From Chara braunii (lineage: Eukaryota > Plantae > Charophyceae), in NCBI GenBank assembly GCA_003427395.1, contig BFEA01000039.1:2988602-3052601 (forward strand): DNA of 64,000 nt, written 5' to 3'. Positions 14,125 through 27,380 of the stretch are shown here, one piece after another. The translations under genes and the position numbers were made by a program. The stretch's first letter is position 1. Every line of letters begins with the position of its first letter. Under the pieces are notes generated by a model. It was not told the DNA's origin. It worked only from the letters and a program-made list of their open reading frames with translations, and searched no databases.

Positions 14125-14455
14125 TCATGAATGAAAATTCTGAAGTGAGCGTTTTGGGGAGTCTGAAAATCCTGAATGGTCCTGAAGTGGTGAAAGGTCC
14201 GAAGACCCTGAAAACCACCTGCTTAGGCAAGTTGCATCCTTAAGTGGTGAAGTGAGAGTTTTCGCCAGTCTAAAAAGCCAGAATGGTTCTGAAATGATAA
14301 AAGGCCCGAAGACCCTGAAAACCACATGTTTAGGCAGGTAGCATCCTAAAGTGGTGAAGGGTGTCCTGAAGTGGTGAAAGCTCCGAAAACCCTAAAAACC
14401 AGCTGTTTAGGGAGGCTGCATCCTGAAGTGGTGAAGGGTGTCATGAAGTGGTAAT
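14125..14455. repeat. Short array related to the 81-bp satellite at 21.1-22.6 kb
   Basis: Repeated 'catcctgaagtggtgaa...gaagaccctgaaaacca' shares its core with the 81-bp unit. Confidence 0.65.
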
Positions 14456-15302
14456 GAAAAATACGAATGTTGCTAATCTTTTCTCCCTTTATTAGTTGTG
14501 CCTTCGTTCTGTCGATTGGTAGTTTCTATATCTTGAAAATCGGTTGCGGCGAGCTACCTTTATCGTGTTGCCTTGCTCTATCTCCCGGTACGTTGCTGTA
14601 ACGTTATTCCATCGCATTGTTGTCATTTGCTTACTCGATTGGGTTGTTGTAACCCTGATTCAAGTTGAGCACAAGGGTGTGCTTTATTCGACCGCAGATG
14701 TTCTGAGCTTCGCAACAGTGTTTTGGTCAACGGTTACGACAGTGTGGCTTGAAGGAGTGATCAAGCTGCAAAGGGGATTACTATAGGGACTTAGAGGTTA
14801 ATCGGAGTGCAGTTGTTATGTGTTTTTGGGTCGCGGTTCGACGATCGTATTGCGCTTTTGACCACCATTGTGGGCCCCTCAGACGACGACTTAATTGTTC
14901 TCCTTCTTTTTTTCTCATTCCCAGTCTAGTTTATTGGTTCAGAGAGGAACGCATCAGGTGAGATTGAAAACCCGTAAATCTATACGAAAACCTTGAGTGG
15001 TTGTCCCACCGATTGCCGGAGTTCCTGCTAGAACCTAAGCAACTTGAAGATTCTAAAGGCAGGGGATATTTGTGTATCTTACTTTCCTGTGTATGCCTAT
15101 TGAAGACCATATCTTCACATCTCTCTAGTGTGAGTGATGTAAATGCATGCCCCCTACAAATTTATTTCATTTCATAATCCAATCAGACTAAGTAAAGAGA
15201 ATGTCTCCATAAATATCGAATCTTGTTTTGTGTTTGAAATCAGACTAAGGGAGAAAATGGAGAAAGGAAGTATTGCATGTGTTGAACCGGGTCGATCAAA
15301 GG

Positions 15303-16050
15303 TTAAACATTTTATCTAAGCAGAATGACATAGTGCTATGTTTTTTTGTTTGTTTTCTGAAGGGTTGAATATTGTTTCTAAACAAAATGGTGTGGTTGTT
15401 GTGTTTATTTTTTAGGTTTTGCCTATATGATTTTTATGCAAAGCATTGTTTCCAAGCAGAATGGTTTGGTCTACTTTTTTCTTTTGGGTTTCTGCTTGAA
15501 GTTGAATATTGTTTCTAAGCAGAATGTTCCAAATTCATGCTTTTGTGTGACTTTGAGATAGATTGAACATAGTGTCTAAGTAGAATGGTTCAACCTTTTG
15601 TTTTGTTTTGAGTGAGAATTTTGTTAGAAGGTTAAGCATTGTTTATAAGCAAAATAGTTTAGCCTGAAGGTAAATACTAAGTGCAAAGCGAGTATACATT
15701 GAAACTATTTATTTATATTTGCATGCGAACAGAAAGTTCGACATTCTTTCTAATCAGAATGATATAGCTTAAGCCATATTACTAAGAGGAGAAGTAAAGT
15801 CAAAAGTATAATTTGAAATAAATTGGGCAAGCTAAACATTGTTTCTAAGAAAAATGGCTTAGTCCCCTGCCCATATCAGAACTCAAGTTATAAAATTATC
15901 TATTTTTTTTATATTTAAACAGTTCATGGCAATTAGGCATTGTTTCTAAGCAAAATTATCTAGTCACATAGTTGAAAAAGAGAGAAGTAGTTGTGCAACA
16001 TGTTCGTGTATAACCTAAGGCATGATGGACATCATTTCTAAGCAGAATGA
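15303..16050. repeat. Ten copies of a conserved ~20-bp motif (CATTGTTTCTAAGCAGAATG) separated by variable spacers
   Basis: Motif starts at 15308, 15370, 15444, 15507, 15568, 15637, 15742, 15837, 15938, 16030. Confidence 0.85.
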
Positions 16051-16259
16051 TCTAGCGTTATACCTTATGTACGACGAGTAAAGAGTTGATCATCTAAAGG
16101 ATCAACGAACTATCTTATCTGAAAACAGGTAGGGACTTTGATGAGAAACTTACATTGGTTGCATGTGTCTGCTTGATTGTGAATCTAGCCTAAGTAAATA
16201 GCTTGAGTTGTTTTTTAATAGGTAGTAGCCTTAGATGCTCGCCATATGTAATGGCCGTA

Positions 16260-18400
16260 AGAGTTAGTTAAATTTTTGTCTTTTCAAAAGTTCATTTGTT
16301 CTAACTCCATATCTCACTTTGTATAACTTTTGGAAAAACATTTTCACTGAGGGAGTGTTGTCGAAATTTCTACAAATCCAAAGAGGTAGCCAAATCTTTT
16401 CTTCACAAAAATTAACTTTGTTCTAACTATATATCTGATTTAGTAAATATCTTGGAAGCCTACTTTCGTATGGGAAGTGTTGTCCATTTTTTTTATAAAT
16501 CAGGGAGTTAGACAAAATTGAACTAGTTAAGAGTCATAATTAGTTTTGAGATTTATATTTAGTTTCGCATATATTTTAGAAAGACATTTTCGCTAAGGGA
16601 AGTGTTGCCAATTTTTTTACAAATCTAAAGAGTTAGTTATAATTAGTTTTTGCAAAACTCAAATTTTTTTCTTCATATTATATCTAACTTAGTATAAATT
16701 TGAGAAGCGTGCTTCTTTTGGGAAAGCGTTGCCCAAATTTTTACTAATTAAGGGAATTAAACAAAATTTTGACTCAATAAATTTAAGATCTTATTCGATA
16801 TTCACATCAGGGTTGCTAACCCGTACGTACGGAGATCCCTGAGCCGACCTCCCTACGTACGAGCGTTTGGGGTCTCATTCAGGGTCCCAACCTGAAGGTG
16901 TTTGACCCCCGTCAAAAATTGTTTCGGAACCTAAAAATAAGTTTTTTTTCTTGGATTTATGTTTGTGAGTTCTCTATGATGCGGGGTACATGCTCATAAA
17001 TTTTGAAGTCATTTCGCTAAGCCAACAAAAAAATACAAATCGCCAAAGATGGTGGTGTCAAAACGTGCTCGCGCACTCACTGTTTTTCTTTTTCTTTTTC
17101 TTCACTTTTTACTTTTTTCTTTACTTTATTGCGGGGCCTTAACAATTATAGTATTTTTTTAAGCTTTTTTAAACCACTAGTATCTCCTCCAGTGTTGGAA
17201 AATTATGAGTTTTTGCCAATTCCCGAAGAAATCGGAGGTAAGACACAAAAATCGATAATAGACCATAAATGATAAATCTGAATTTTATAGTGTCGTGAGT
17301 GAAAGGAAAAAACAAAAAAAAATAAATGCTTCCTCTATTGCAATGATGTCGGGCAGGGTAGTCCAGGAGGCCGTGCTTACAATCTTCCTCCACAGAATGC
17401 ACGTTACAGGTAAGGCGGTCACATTCTCAATGTTACTGTTTTTTTTTTCTTTATTGGTCGTGTGTTTCTTATGAGTCCCCTGTCCATGAATTGCTCAAGT
17501 TGTCTGTGATTTGCTCAAGATGTATTTTGTTAGAGGATTGTAAGGCTCATCACACTAGTACTTAGGGGAATGTATCTAACGCTTTTCACGGTCGGATCCA
17601 TGTGCTTGCTTTTTTCCCCTTCTATTCTCTTTTTGGAATCTGACAATCTGGCCACGATGATGAGATGTCCTTATTGAGGGCACACTCATACTACGACTTC
17701 GAAGAACGTATACAACTGCAATCACGGTCAAAACTTTGTTTGTTAGTTTTTTTTATTTTTATTTTCTAAGGTTCATGGCCTCAACTTTTTTTTTTTTTTT
17801 TTTCCCGTGAGAGTACCAGAAAGAAAACGGAGTGGTACCCAAAGTTGGCAAACTCGGAGCGCATTGAAATTAAGGATCGACAAAAACAGGCTCGGAGGTA
17901 CTAGTGGTTTAATGTGTTTTGTATTATGTGAAGTACACATTTATAAATTTTCAGAGCATTTGGCTGTGCCAAAAAAACATGAAAAATCGTTAAAGATGGC
18001 GGAGTCGAAAACGTGCTAGCTCAATCACTTATTTAATTCGCTTTTAATTTTTTTTTATTTTTATCATTACTTTTATTTTTTTATTTTATTTTTATTTTGA
18101 AATTGGTAAGGAATTTGAATGTAATCTTCAGACAAATATTGTTTATTTTATTTTTTCGTCATAACATTTTTTGTTTCAGATTCTTTTTTATTTATTTTTG
18201 TTATTTTTTGTTTTTGTCCACGTTCGGCTCGAACTTTCGAACGCATCCCCCCAAGGGGTTCCGTACGTTCGGGCGTTCGGGTTTGGACGTTCAACCCGTC
18301 TCGAACGCCTGTTACCCTGTTTCACATAAATTCTGAAAATACACTTTCTGTAGAGAGAGTGCTGTCGAAAAGTTTCTAGTTTTGAGGAGTTATAGTATAT
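16260..18400. repeat. Degenerate ~122-bp AT-rich tandem array, interrupted by the hAT element
   Basis: 'gaa..acattttc...ggga.agtgttg.c.a.ttt' recurs near 16330, 16455, 16580 and 16700, and resumes near 18335 after the insertion. Confidence 0.6.
16808..18319. mobile_element. Non-autonomous hAT-type DNA transposon (1.5 kb)
   Basis: Termini CAGGGT...ACCCTG; 8-bp TSD attcacat (16800-16807) / tttcacat (18320-18327); subterminal CGTAC/CGTTCG repeats; no transposase ORF. Confidence 0.8.
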
Positions 18401-19908
18401 TTGGTAAAGAAGATTTTGACAATCTGCCCTGTCTGTACAAGAGAGATGCTGCCAAAATTTTTCTTAATCTGATACCATGTATAGATAAGTTAGACTCAGT
18501 CCTATGAGTAGTTGGATGTGATGCGAAATAGGTTTTATTCTCCATTCACTTAAGCATAACTTTGGATACTAACATGTGTTGTGTAACAAGTCATCTTCGC
18601 TCAATTTGATTCAAGGCTTAAATAAGGTTTTGCATGATCTGACAAGGATCATCTTCTATGATTTTTTTATAATATGTAGGTTTTCGACTCAACTCTAACT
18701 CATTCTTGTTATTCAACCTAAGGTCTTTGTCCTTGTGGGTTGAACTGTTTTTTTTTTTTTTTTTACCCATACTTTTATTAAATGTCCATTTAAAAAAGGC
18801 TTAGTGTTTTCTTTTGAAAAGTTTGACAAAGGTTGGGGCTTGTGCGAATAAAGCAAGGAGTATGAGTGCAGAGAGTGGTTGAAGTTAACCCTGTGTTATG
18901 TGGTCTGTGGATGTTAAATTTGCGTATGTGATTGCAAATATGTCTTGTGAGTTGAAGTCCGAAATTGACTTTGTCCACGTCCATTTTTATATTTGGAAGG
19001 AAGTCACACTGTGATTGTGAAAGTAATCGCCTCGAGTTCAATAAAGCTATATTGTTTATATTTTGTGCGTCCGCGCGGTCTATCTCGACTTTGCGTAAGG
19101 ATTGAGCGAATTTGTATTGATAGAAAAAAAAATCCCTTCTATTTTTGCTTCTTAAATATTTTTGATTGGACGTTGAGGTCTGTAGCGCTTGTTAAAGTCA
19201 ACCCCCTTCACCTTGTCCGAGGCCTTTGAAGATGGAGCCCCATTCCATCGATTAACGGTGTTTGCTCGTCACAGAGAGCCAATATCCGTTTATCACTCAT
19301 CTGCGAAATGTGCAGAACAGGTAAGGTATCGCAATTGCACATGAGATTATTTAGTGTCAAAAGATTAACCTCTTAAGACGCGTATAAGTCGATACTTGAG
19401 TGTCGAAAGTGAGCCTCAAAACTATTGAGGACCTCGTGATTATGAGTACCGCATAATACGCCATCATTGAGACCACTTAAGTGTTTATGTATAGCTAGTC
19501 GATGTGTCACCGTGATATTTATTCACAGTCTCCCGCACAACACTCCCTTATTTATGTCGTCATAAGGTTATATGTCGGATGTGAAAAATAAACTATGCGT
19601 GATTTATGATGAAGCATGATTTTATTTTGTGAAGTATATCGCGTGGTTAGACTAACCATCCTGGTCGACCTGCATAAAGCCGCGCTTGGGACATCAGCCC
19701 TAGGAATGTCGGTTCCCGAGGGTTCGATTAAGGCGTTCGACCGCTCGTACCCCCTATGCTACAGCGAACGAGAAACGCCCTTGGTTGGGTCACCTTTGCG
19801 ATTGCACTCGAGCAATTTTTGTATGTGGTTCCATAGCTCCACGGGGATACGCATGTCCAAGGGTGGTGACAACCCCCTAGGCAGAGGTAATTTGTTCCTC
19901 GTGCGACC

Positions 19909-20167
19909 TTTATCCTGTCGTAGGGGTTCAAAAGAGGTAGTTTGGCGTACTCAGCCAGAGCGACAAAAACTCCCTTGCGAAATACGTCTTGCAAAATCAT
20001 GCATGATGTGGCCTGGAAGGTCCTCATGCGGGGCTGATTTATCCTGTCGTAGGGGTTCAGAAGAGGTAGTTTGGTGTACTAAGCCAGAGCCACAAAAACT
20101 CCATTGCGAAAAACGTCTTGCAAAATCATGCATGATGTGGCTGGGAGGGTCCTCATGCGGGGCTGAT
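19909..20167. repeat. 129-bp tandem duplication inside a ~650-bp insertion in the Gypsy RNase H region
   Basis: 'tttatcctgtcgtaggggttca' at 19909 and 20038. Confidence 0.85.
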
Positions 20168-21129
20168 GCGCTGGACAACGCACAAAAAACTCTATTGTTA
20201 TGACTTTCCTCGCAAAAGTCTGATTTTTTCCTCGACGAGTACAATGGTGGCGAGACTTATCTGATCTAAGTTTCGCTATTGAGCCTATCAAAGGTGAAAC
20301 GAACCGAGTTGCAGACGCCTTGTCCTACTGTCCTTACCATAATCAGGCCCCTATGAAGCTCGCTGGTATCTCGATCACCACCATTGATGATTCGGTGACG
20401 GTTGCGTTTCGTACTTAGTACCGCCACTACCCAGATTATCACGACATCTACACGACATTGCAACGAGATAAAACCGTTCCTTCATACTTTATCGGTACGA
20501 ACCGTCTTCGGTACTGATATGACAACGGTGGTCGTTGAGAATCACGTGTATGTGTACTTGCACTAAACAACACCGTGTTCAGACTACAACATAGTTTTAT
20601 AACTAGACAATCATCAGTCAGATGGGCTTCCGAAGGACCGTAGAACTCGTTTGTCGTCTATACGTTTAACGACAACGCAATGAATTCGTCCAAAGCTACA
20701 TTTTGAGTGTCCTATTTGTCAGGAGGTGAATATTGCAAACCGCTTTCCGTATGGATTACCCCAGCCTTTACCTATACCTGAGAATCAATCACATTGACAT
20801 TCCATCTCTATCGACTTTGTTGGTCCTCTCGACCTTCCACTGAGCGAGATCATGATATTATCTTCGTCGTTGTTGATCACTTCACTAAGCACACACACTT
20901 CATCCCGTGGCGTTATCGCATCAGCGCTAATGAGGTAGCCGAGATTGTTTCGAGTGAGTCGTGAGAGATCGCGGCCAATCCCAAAACATCACCTTTTACA
21001 TTGATTCGTGCTTTACCAACACTTTTTCACAACGAGAGAATGTTAACAACATATATAGTTTTCATCATACATATATTATATATGCAACTTACTCCCACTT
21101 TTTTTTTATTGTTCATGTTCTTCACACTC

Positions 21130-22565
21130 TTATCTTGAATTGTCATCACTCATTTGAAACGTTGAGTTTTTTTCATCATCCATGTTGTTCTCATCATAAA
21201 TGTTGTTCGACTTCTCCAAACAGGTGGTAACAGGGGTTGCTTTCAAGACCTTCAGGATGTTCATCACTTGAGGATGTTTCATCGTTTTTATGTAACTTGA
21301 ATAAATGACTATAAGAACTTGAAACGTTGAGTTTTTTTCATCATCCATGTTGTTCTCATCATAAATGTTGTTCGACTTGTCCAAACAGATAGTCATAGGG
21401 GTTGCTTTCAGGACCTTGAGGACGTTCATCACTTCAGGATGTTTCATCGTTTTCACGTTTGAATAGTTGACAATAAGAGTTGTTTTCATGGTCTTGAGGA
21501 TGTTCATCACTTCATGATGTTTCATGATTTTCAAGCAATTTGAACAGATGGTCATAAGGATTGTTTTCATGGTCTTCATGACGTTCATCACTTCAGTTTT
21601 TTTTAAATTTCTTTAAAGGTAGCTTGAACAAATGACCATAAGGGTTGTTTTCATGGTCTTCAGGATGTTCACCACTTCATGATATTTCATAATTTTTATG
21701 TAGCTTGAACAAATGACCATAAGGGTTGCTTTCATAATCGTCAGAACCTTCATCACTTAAGGATGATTCATGATGTTTACGTAGCTTATCAGGTAGTTCT
21801 ACGGGGTGTTTTTTCGGTCTTCACGATGTTCATCATTTCGGGATGATTCATAATTTTCAAGTGGCATAACAAGTGGTCATAGGGGTTGCTTTCGTTGTCT
21901 TCGGAACGTTCACCACTTCGGGATATTTCATGATTTTCAGGTAGCTTGCGTAAGTGAGCATAAGGGTTGCTTTCATGGTCTTGAAGGTGTTCATCACTTC
22001 GGGGTGTTTCATGATTTTCAGGTAGCTTGAACAAAATATCCCTAATCATCCTTAAGTGATGAACGTCCTTAAGACTATTGAAACAACCTTTATGACCATT
22101 AATTAAAGCTATCTGAAAAATGAAATATCCCGAAGTGATGAACGTCCTTAAGACAATGAAAACAACATTTATGATCATCTGTTCAAACTACCTGAAAATC
22201 ATTAAACAGCCTGAAGTGATGAACATCATGAAGAACATGAAAACAACCCTTATTGCGATCTGTTCAAGCTATTCGAAAATGATGAAACATCCTGAAGTGA
22301 TGAACGCGATAAATACCATGAATCAACTTTTATGACCATTTGTTCAAACTACCTGAAAAACATGAAACATCCTGAAGTGATGAATGTCTTGAAGACCCTG
22401 AAAGCAACCTTTATGACTACATGTTTGGGCAAACCATAAGGGTTGCTTTCATTGTCTTTATGATGTTCATCACTTCAGGATGTTTCATGATTTTTAAATA
22501 GCTTGAGCAGATGACCATAAAACTTTCTTTCATAATCTTCAGCACATTCATCACAAAGATCTTCC
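21130..22565. repeat. 81-bp satellite with an internal inversion (about 22045-22420), between integrase core and chromodomain
   Basis: The unit translates as a 27-aa repeat (MKHPEVMNILKTMKTTLM.ICS.YLKI) on the minus strand and switches to the plus strand at about 22045-22420. Confidence 0.9.
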
Positions 22566-23944
22566 AGACCTCCTTAGCGCTTTGTAAACTTATCATGGTG
22601 GACAATCCCAAGGAGTTTGTTATTTCCGACGTCGTATCTCGTCGAGTTACCAACAATAACCCTCCACGTATCGAGTACCTTGTGCGTTGAAATACTATCC
22701 TGATGAGGAGGTTGCTCGGGAGTCCCTTGAGTATTGCAGCACATCAGGATTTAGTGCGCGCATATGATCTTGCTCGTCGTGATGATATTTTTGCTCATGC
22801 TCAATCAATTGACCCTCTTCCTCCTCCACCGACTGACATTATCACTGAGGACGAACCCGCTCCCTCTAAGGCTGTTTTTCAGCAGCAAAAGGACGTCTCT
22901 GCGTGTCCATAATGCATTCATCATCATCGTCTGTGTTATGACGACTGACATTCTCACCACCTATCTATCTTCCATCTGACTCACACCTTCGTGTACTCTA
23001 ACACCAACTCTACTCTAGGATGTCAGCGTTTTGCGGCTTTGCTTTGACATCGACTTCGCTCCTACGTCATGGACTACTTCGACGATTTCAACTACTTCAT
23101 TAGCTTGAACTTCTTTTAACGTGATTACTTCACACCACCATCCTACCCTCTACATCCCGTTTTGTGTGTCACACAAGAGAAACAATGAAAATCAAAATGA
23201 AGAAGATGACATGAGTTTTACTATCATGGCGAAATCAACTTCTCCACGACAACACCCTGATTTTACACCTCCAGGGTTCTCAACCCTTCTACTCATCCAC
23301 CACTCAGATTGAGGTAAAAAACTTACTACGTCAACCACTACCTATACCTATTATCCTAACCCCATACGAGTCTCAAGTGAATTCTGAAACTCAACCAACA
23401 ATAATAATAATAATAATAATCATAATGTTTACTGCTCTTAGCAGCCTAGAGAACAGGATTCCGATTCGATACATAACTTCGTCACGCTATAGCGTAGCAA
23501 ATCACTGGTCCATTCACCAGGTTCCAAATACGCGGTCCTGGTTATAGGATGCTTCTCAGATGCAAGTCATCAAATCCCCATTCAAAATCTCAAAATTTCT
23601 TACTGCTTATGTCTGACAGACCAACTCTGTTCAGATGAAAGCCACGCCTTTGTGATTACGTCAATTTTTGTGTATTTCTAGAAGGCCTGACGAACTTGTT
23701 TTCCCGTATATTGTCTGTACTTAGTCTTGAAAGGGCACCTAGTGCAGTGCCTCCGAAAATCGTCAAATCGTGCCAGGCATATCACCAACACATGATCAAA
23801 ATCTCTCACTACTTTACCCGATATGACTCGACGCCGGATTCCGACAAATTTGAGCATGCCCCCTCTCCCAGCGCCGTTATTTTCGGCGTGAGGACTCGTT
23901 TCCCATTTCCGACTGTACCGGGGCGTGAATGGGCCCCAAGTCCA

Positions 23945-26900
23945 TTAACATATAAAATGCCCAAAGCGTGCTGCGTCCAACATACCTAGCCAGAAGCTTG
24001 AGTTGGTCCTGCGCTGCATCCACTGCAGCCCAGCAATTACCGCCTTCCTTGGGTAGTTGTTTTTCCTGAGTTCTTCTCTTAGTGTGAGGACGTTACAGCA
24101 TGCAAGCCCATCTGTATTCGAGTTCATCGAGATGCGCAAAATCGTATTGGCAATAATGACGAATTTATCTGTTCGAGGCTCGTATGAAGAAAAATCTTTG
24201 TACGTCCGTAATTGAAGTGGGGTACTGCCCCAGATTGTCCGCGTATTCTTAAACTTATGGGACATCAGCAGTGCCTTATCCCCGCACACCAACAGTCTAG
24301 TTTCAAGGAAGTCCAAAACGCCGGTCCCAGGGTTCGTACGTTCAAGTATCAGTCCTTCGGGATAGCAGTGCGTAACCTTATCAAGCAGCTTCTCGATTCT
24401 AGGTCGCTCGTCCTTTCGAAATAATGCGATGATTAACAGATCGTCAATGTATCGTTTTCCTATAACTTTTTTCTGATCCGCCCCCAGAGACTTCAAGAAC
24501 TGGTTCTCGACAAACATGTACATCACACATGCTAAGGGTGGGCTAGCTCTGCCACCCATAGGAATTCCCTTCTTCTGTCAAAGCACTACATCGGATACAC
24601 TGAAGTAGGTGTTGTCCAATTGGAATTCGGTTAGCGATACTAAAGTCTTTAAACGGATCGATTTCCAACCCGTTTCCCCGTGTGATTTAACAAAACGTGC
24701 CTTTTTTTTTCGAGGGTTCACCCTGATCCATTTGATTGATTTAGCAGAACACCAGTTAACAATCCAGGCTACCGCTTTAAGAATCTCACCATGTGGAAGT
24801 TGCGTGAACATTTCCTTGATATCGTACGTGCGGGCGATAATACCATGTTTTTCATTCACGACTTCGGGTCTTTTGTTAATGATCTCAATTTCCTTTTTCA
24901 GCAACACCATGGAACTCAGGTTGAAATGTGGTTCCTTTATTCTTCGTATCAGTTCATTAAGAGCAGTCGACAGGCAACCTGACGTGACCCTGGATGGAAT
25001 GAGATAGGATGGAACAATAGGCCACTTTTTGCCTTTACCTTTCTCTATGGAAAGGATATATGCATGTTGCACGTCACCGTTGTCATCCCACCTCCCAATT
25101 TGGTGAAGCCTTGTACTCTTATATTCTTTCTCCATTGCGAGTAAAACTTCTTGTTTTGGAGTTGACAGGGTTTCGTAATACTCATTCTCAAGGAACATCT
25201 TCTTTAGGCCTGCCTCGTACGATGTGGGGCATTCCAGCCAGATCTCACTTGTGTTCCGATCCAATGGAGATCTAACCAGGCCATCAAGTGCTTGTTGCAC
25301 CCCTTTTACGTACTCGCTCAGTACACATCCTTCCTGCATTTTTTCTCCCGGTCGCGACATCCGCTGGTAATCAATACGTATCTGCGAGCTAAACAGACCC
25401 ATTGCTCGCAGTCCCTCAAGGGCATCATTGCATGCGACATCGATCGTGTTTCGATTAGCCAGCGACCCAGAAAAGGGGACATTCTTAGTATTAAACAAGA
25501 ACGGATGTACACCAACCACCTCACTGAGTCTTACCACAACATGCCCGTTAATTTTGGGCAGGTCAAAGTCAACACAGACACAACCGAAGTTGGATTGTCG
25601 TGCGTACGACTTGTGGTTATGCAACAAATCCCCGACTGATTTGGCTTTGAGCCAGACTGTCTTGGTTCTTTTTGCATACAATGTACCCAATGCTTGTGGT
25701 CGGATGTTATCTGAGATCCAAACTTTAACTTCGTTTTCAACCTTCCTTTTGTCGATCGTGGTACAAAATGGTAATTTAACAATCACCTTCGCCCGAGGAT
25801 TAACGACATTAGTGAAAACACCGTGAATAATCTGCCTGCCATGATGCTGATTAACGGTTTTTACTGCGTTGTTTAATTCAATCAAATTCGTTTAAATCCC
25901 GCTTATACAAATCCCGACGTTTCCAAGGCGCTCTAAGGAGTGCAATGAGTTTATGCTTCAATAAGTCGGTTTTCGTCTTTGTTCGAATTATATCAATGAT
26001 TCTCATCTCACCGTTTTGCTCAATGGTTTTCTTGGCATCTTTCAACAGCATTCGCACACCACCAATCTCAACTTTGGAAAATCCAAAGAGTATTACAACC
26101 AATCGTCATGCCTTAAGCCATCTCTCCCCTGTGTTATTTGTGATTACTATTCTTTGTTTGATTCTTCGTTTTGCAATTAGTTTTAAAATTTTGAGCAGGT
26201 CCGGTTCGTGATTAATATCAAGCGCAGGACAATCAAAGAAGAGGGGTTAAGTAACAGAAGGCATAAGGCATCGGTCTGGTGGCTTCTTCTGACCACGGGC
26301 TCTTCGTGCATTCTTCCCATGTTTAGTACCACGCGCATTTAAACCAGGATTACAATCGCTAATCACCGTTTGTTCAACAGAATCAATTGTCATCCCGCTT
26401 CCGAACTAGATCGGTATCGGTACGTAGTGCTCAATACCGGCCTTTCACAACCACGCATTAACTTTCTGCTTACTAGTGCCCTTCGTAGCTCTATAGTGTT
26501 CAAGCCATCGTTCCCGTAGTGACCTGGTAGTTTTTCCTAAGTACACGGTCGTATGCAGTAGTGACATGAGCAAATATACACACTCCCGTCCATTGACAAA
26601 CTTCTCCCATTCGCTACTAGGTAGTCTGAGCCAAAATCGAAGATAAGTCCTACCCCACGCAATCTCGTTGCGGAGGCAGGCTAGTAGGATAGTCAAGACA
26701 TGAATTCGATCCAGGAGTATACGCAACGCTCCATCAACCTCGAGCTTCAATCTTGTGATTCTGTTCGCAGCCCGGCGCAATGCCCGAAGTGAACCCCACT
26801 TCAGTTTTCCTTCACCGAGTTATCCAGGCCGGGGTCCTTGTCATCTGTTCCATTGGAGCGGGACGTGGTTGATCGAGATGATTCGGCTCCGCGCGCTGTC

Positions 26901-26948
26901 GCACTTTTTCCAGTCGGGCCGCTTCGGGCGACCGGAATACCAACAGGC
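23945..26948 (-). pseudogene. PLE ORF2 (main part): GIY-YIG endonuclease followed by reverse transcriptase
   Basis: GIY-YIG 'CVYLL...VYLGKTTRSLRERWLEH' (about 26585-26495) and 'EQTVISDCNPGLN'. RT motifs 'YDIKEMFTQLPH', 'Q..GIPMGGRASPPLA', 'RYIDDLL', 'LDFLET'. In-frame TGA at 24578 and frameshifts near 25880 and 26.1-26.8 kb. Confidence 0.92.
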
Positions 26949-27380
26949 TGTCACGCAGGATTTTGTATGTGATTGCAATAAATAAAATAAATTAATTAAT
27001 GCAAATCCCTTCCTGTTGTGTTCGTCTGGCTTCGAGCGAGACCCTTCAATTATGGTCTTCGCCGGTCCTCAGTCTTAGGAATCTTTTATTTTGATTCAGA
27101 ACAACTGAGAATCATGCAAATAATAATCATAAAATTATGGAGTGCTCAACATGCATCAATTATGTCAATCTGATTTTGAGAACTGTGACAGAGTCATCCT
27201 AGAAATCGATCATCAAGCAAGAACAATGTAAGAAGCAAGACCGACTGACTGACTTGGACAATGACCAGGTCAAATGAATGAGGGAAGAATCAAAATTCAT
27301 AACAATCTTAGAAAGTAAATATATGCAAACATGGCCAACACCTCTCAAGAGTCCTCACTCATCCCTCTGGTCAGTCTCTC

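Larger units (their letters stand above)
19200..22850 (+). mobile_element. Decayed chromovirus-type Gypsy pol: RNase H end, integrase, chromodomain
   Basis: About 20233 'RRVQWWRDLSDLSFAIEPIKGETNRVADALS' (RNase H end); about 20708-20910 'CPICQ...YGLPQPLPIPE...SISIDFVGPL...FVVVDHFTKHTHFIP' (integrase zinc finger and core, frameshifted); about 22612 'EFVISDVVSRRV...IEYLVR' (chromodomain). Confidence 0.85.

Noticed and set aside
15303-16050. CRISPR array call
   Set aside because: Degenerate repeats, irregular spacers, no cas genes, eukaryotic context. Kept only as a repeat-spacer-like finding.
18468-18480. tRNA-Met PBS-like TCTGATACCA+TG
   Set aside because: Only a 10-bp match with no associated gag or identifiable LTR pair.
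21130-22656. Met/Lys-rich repeat proteins
   Set aside because: Derived from the 81-bp satellite; frames break and flip strand.
23685-23735. CTGACGA...GAAA in the PLE 3' UTR (also near 37224)
   Set aside because: No stem II adjacent to GAAA, and it is antisense to the element.
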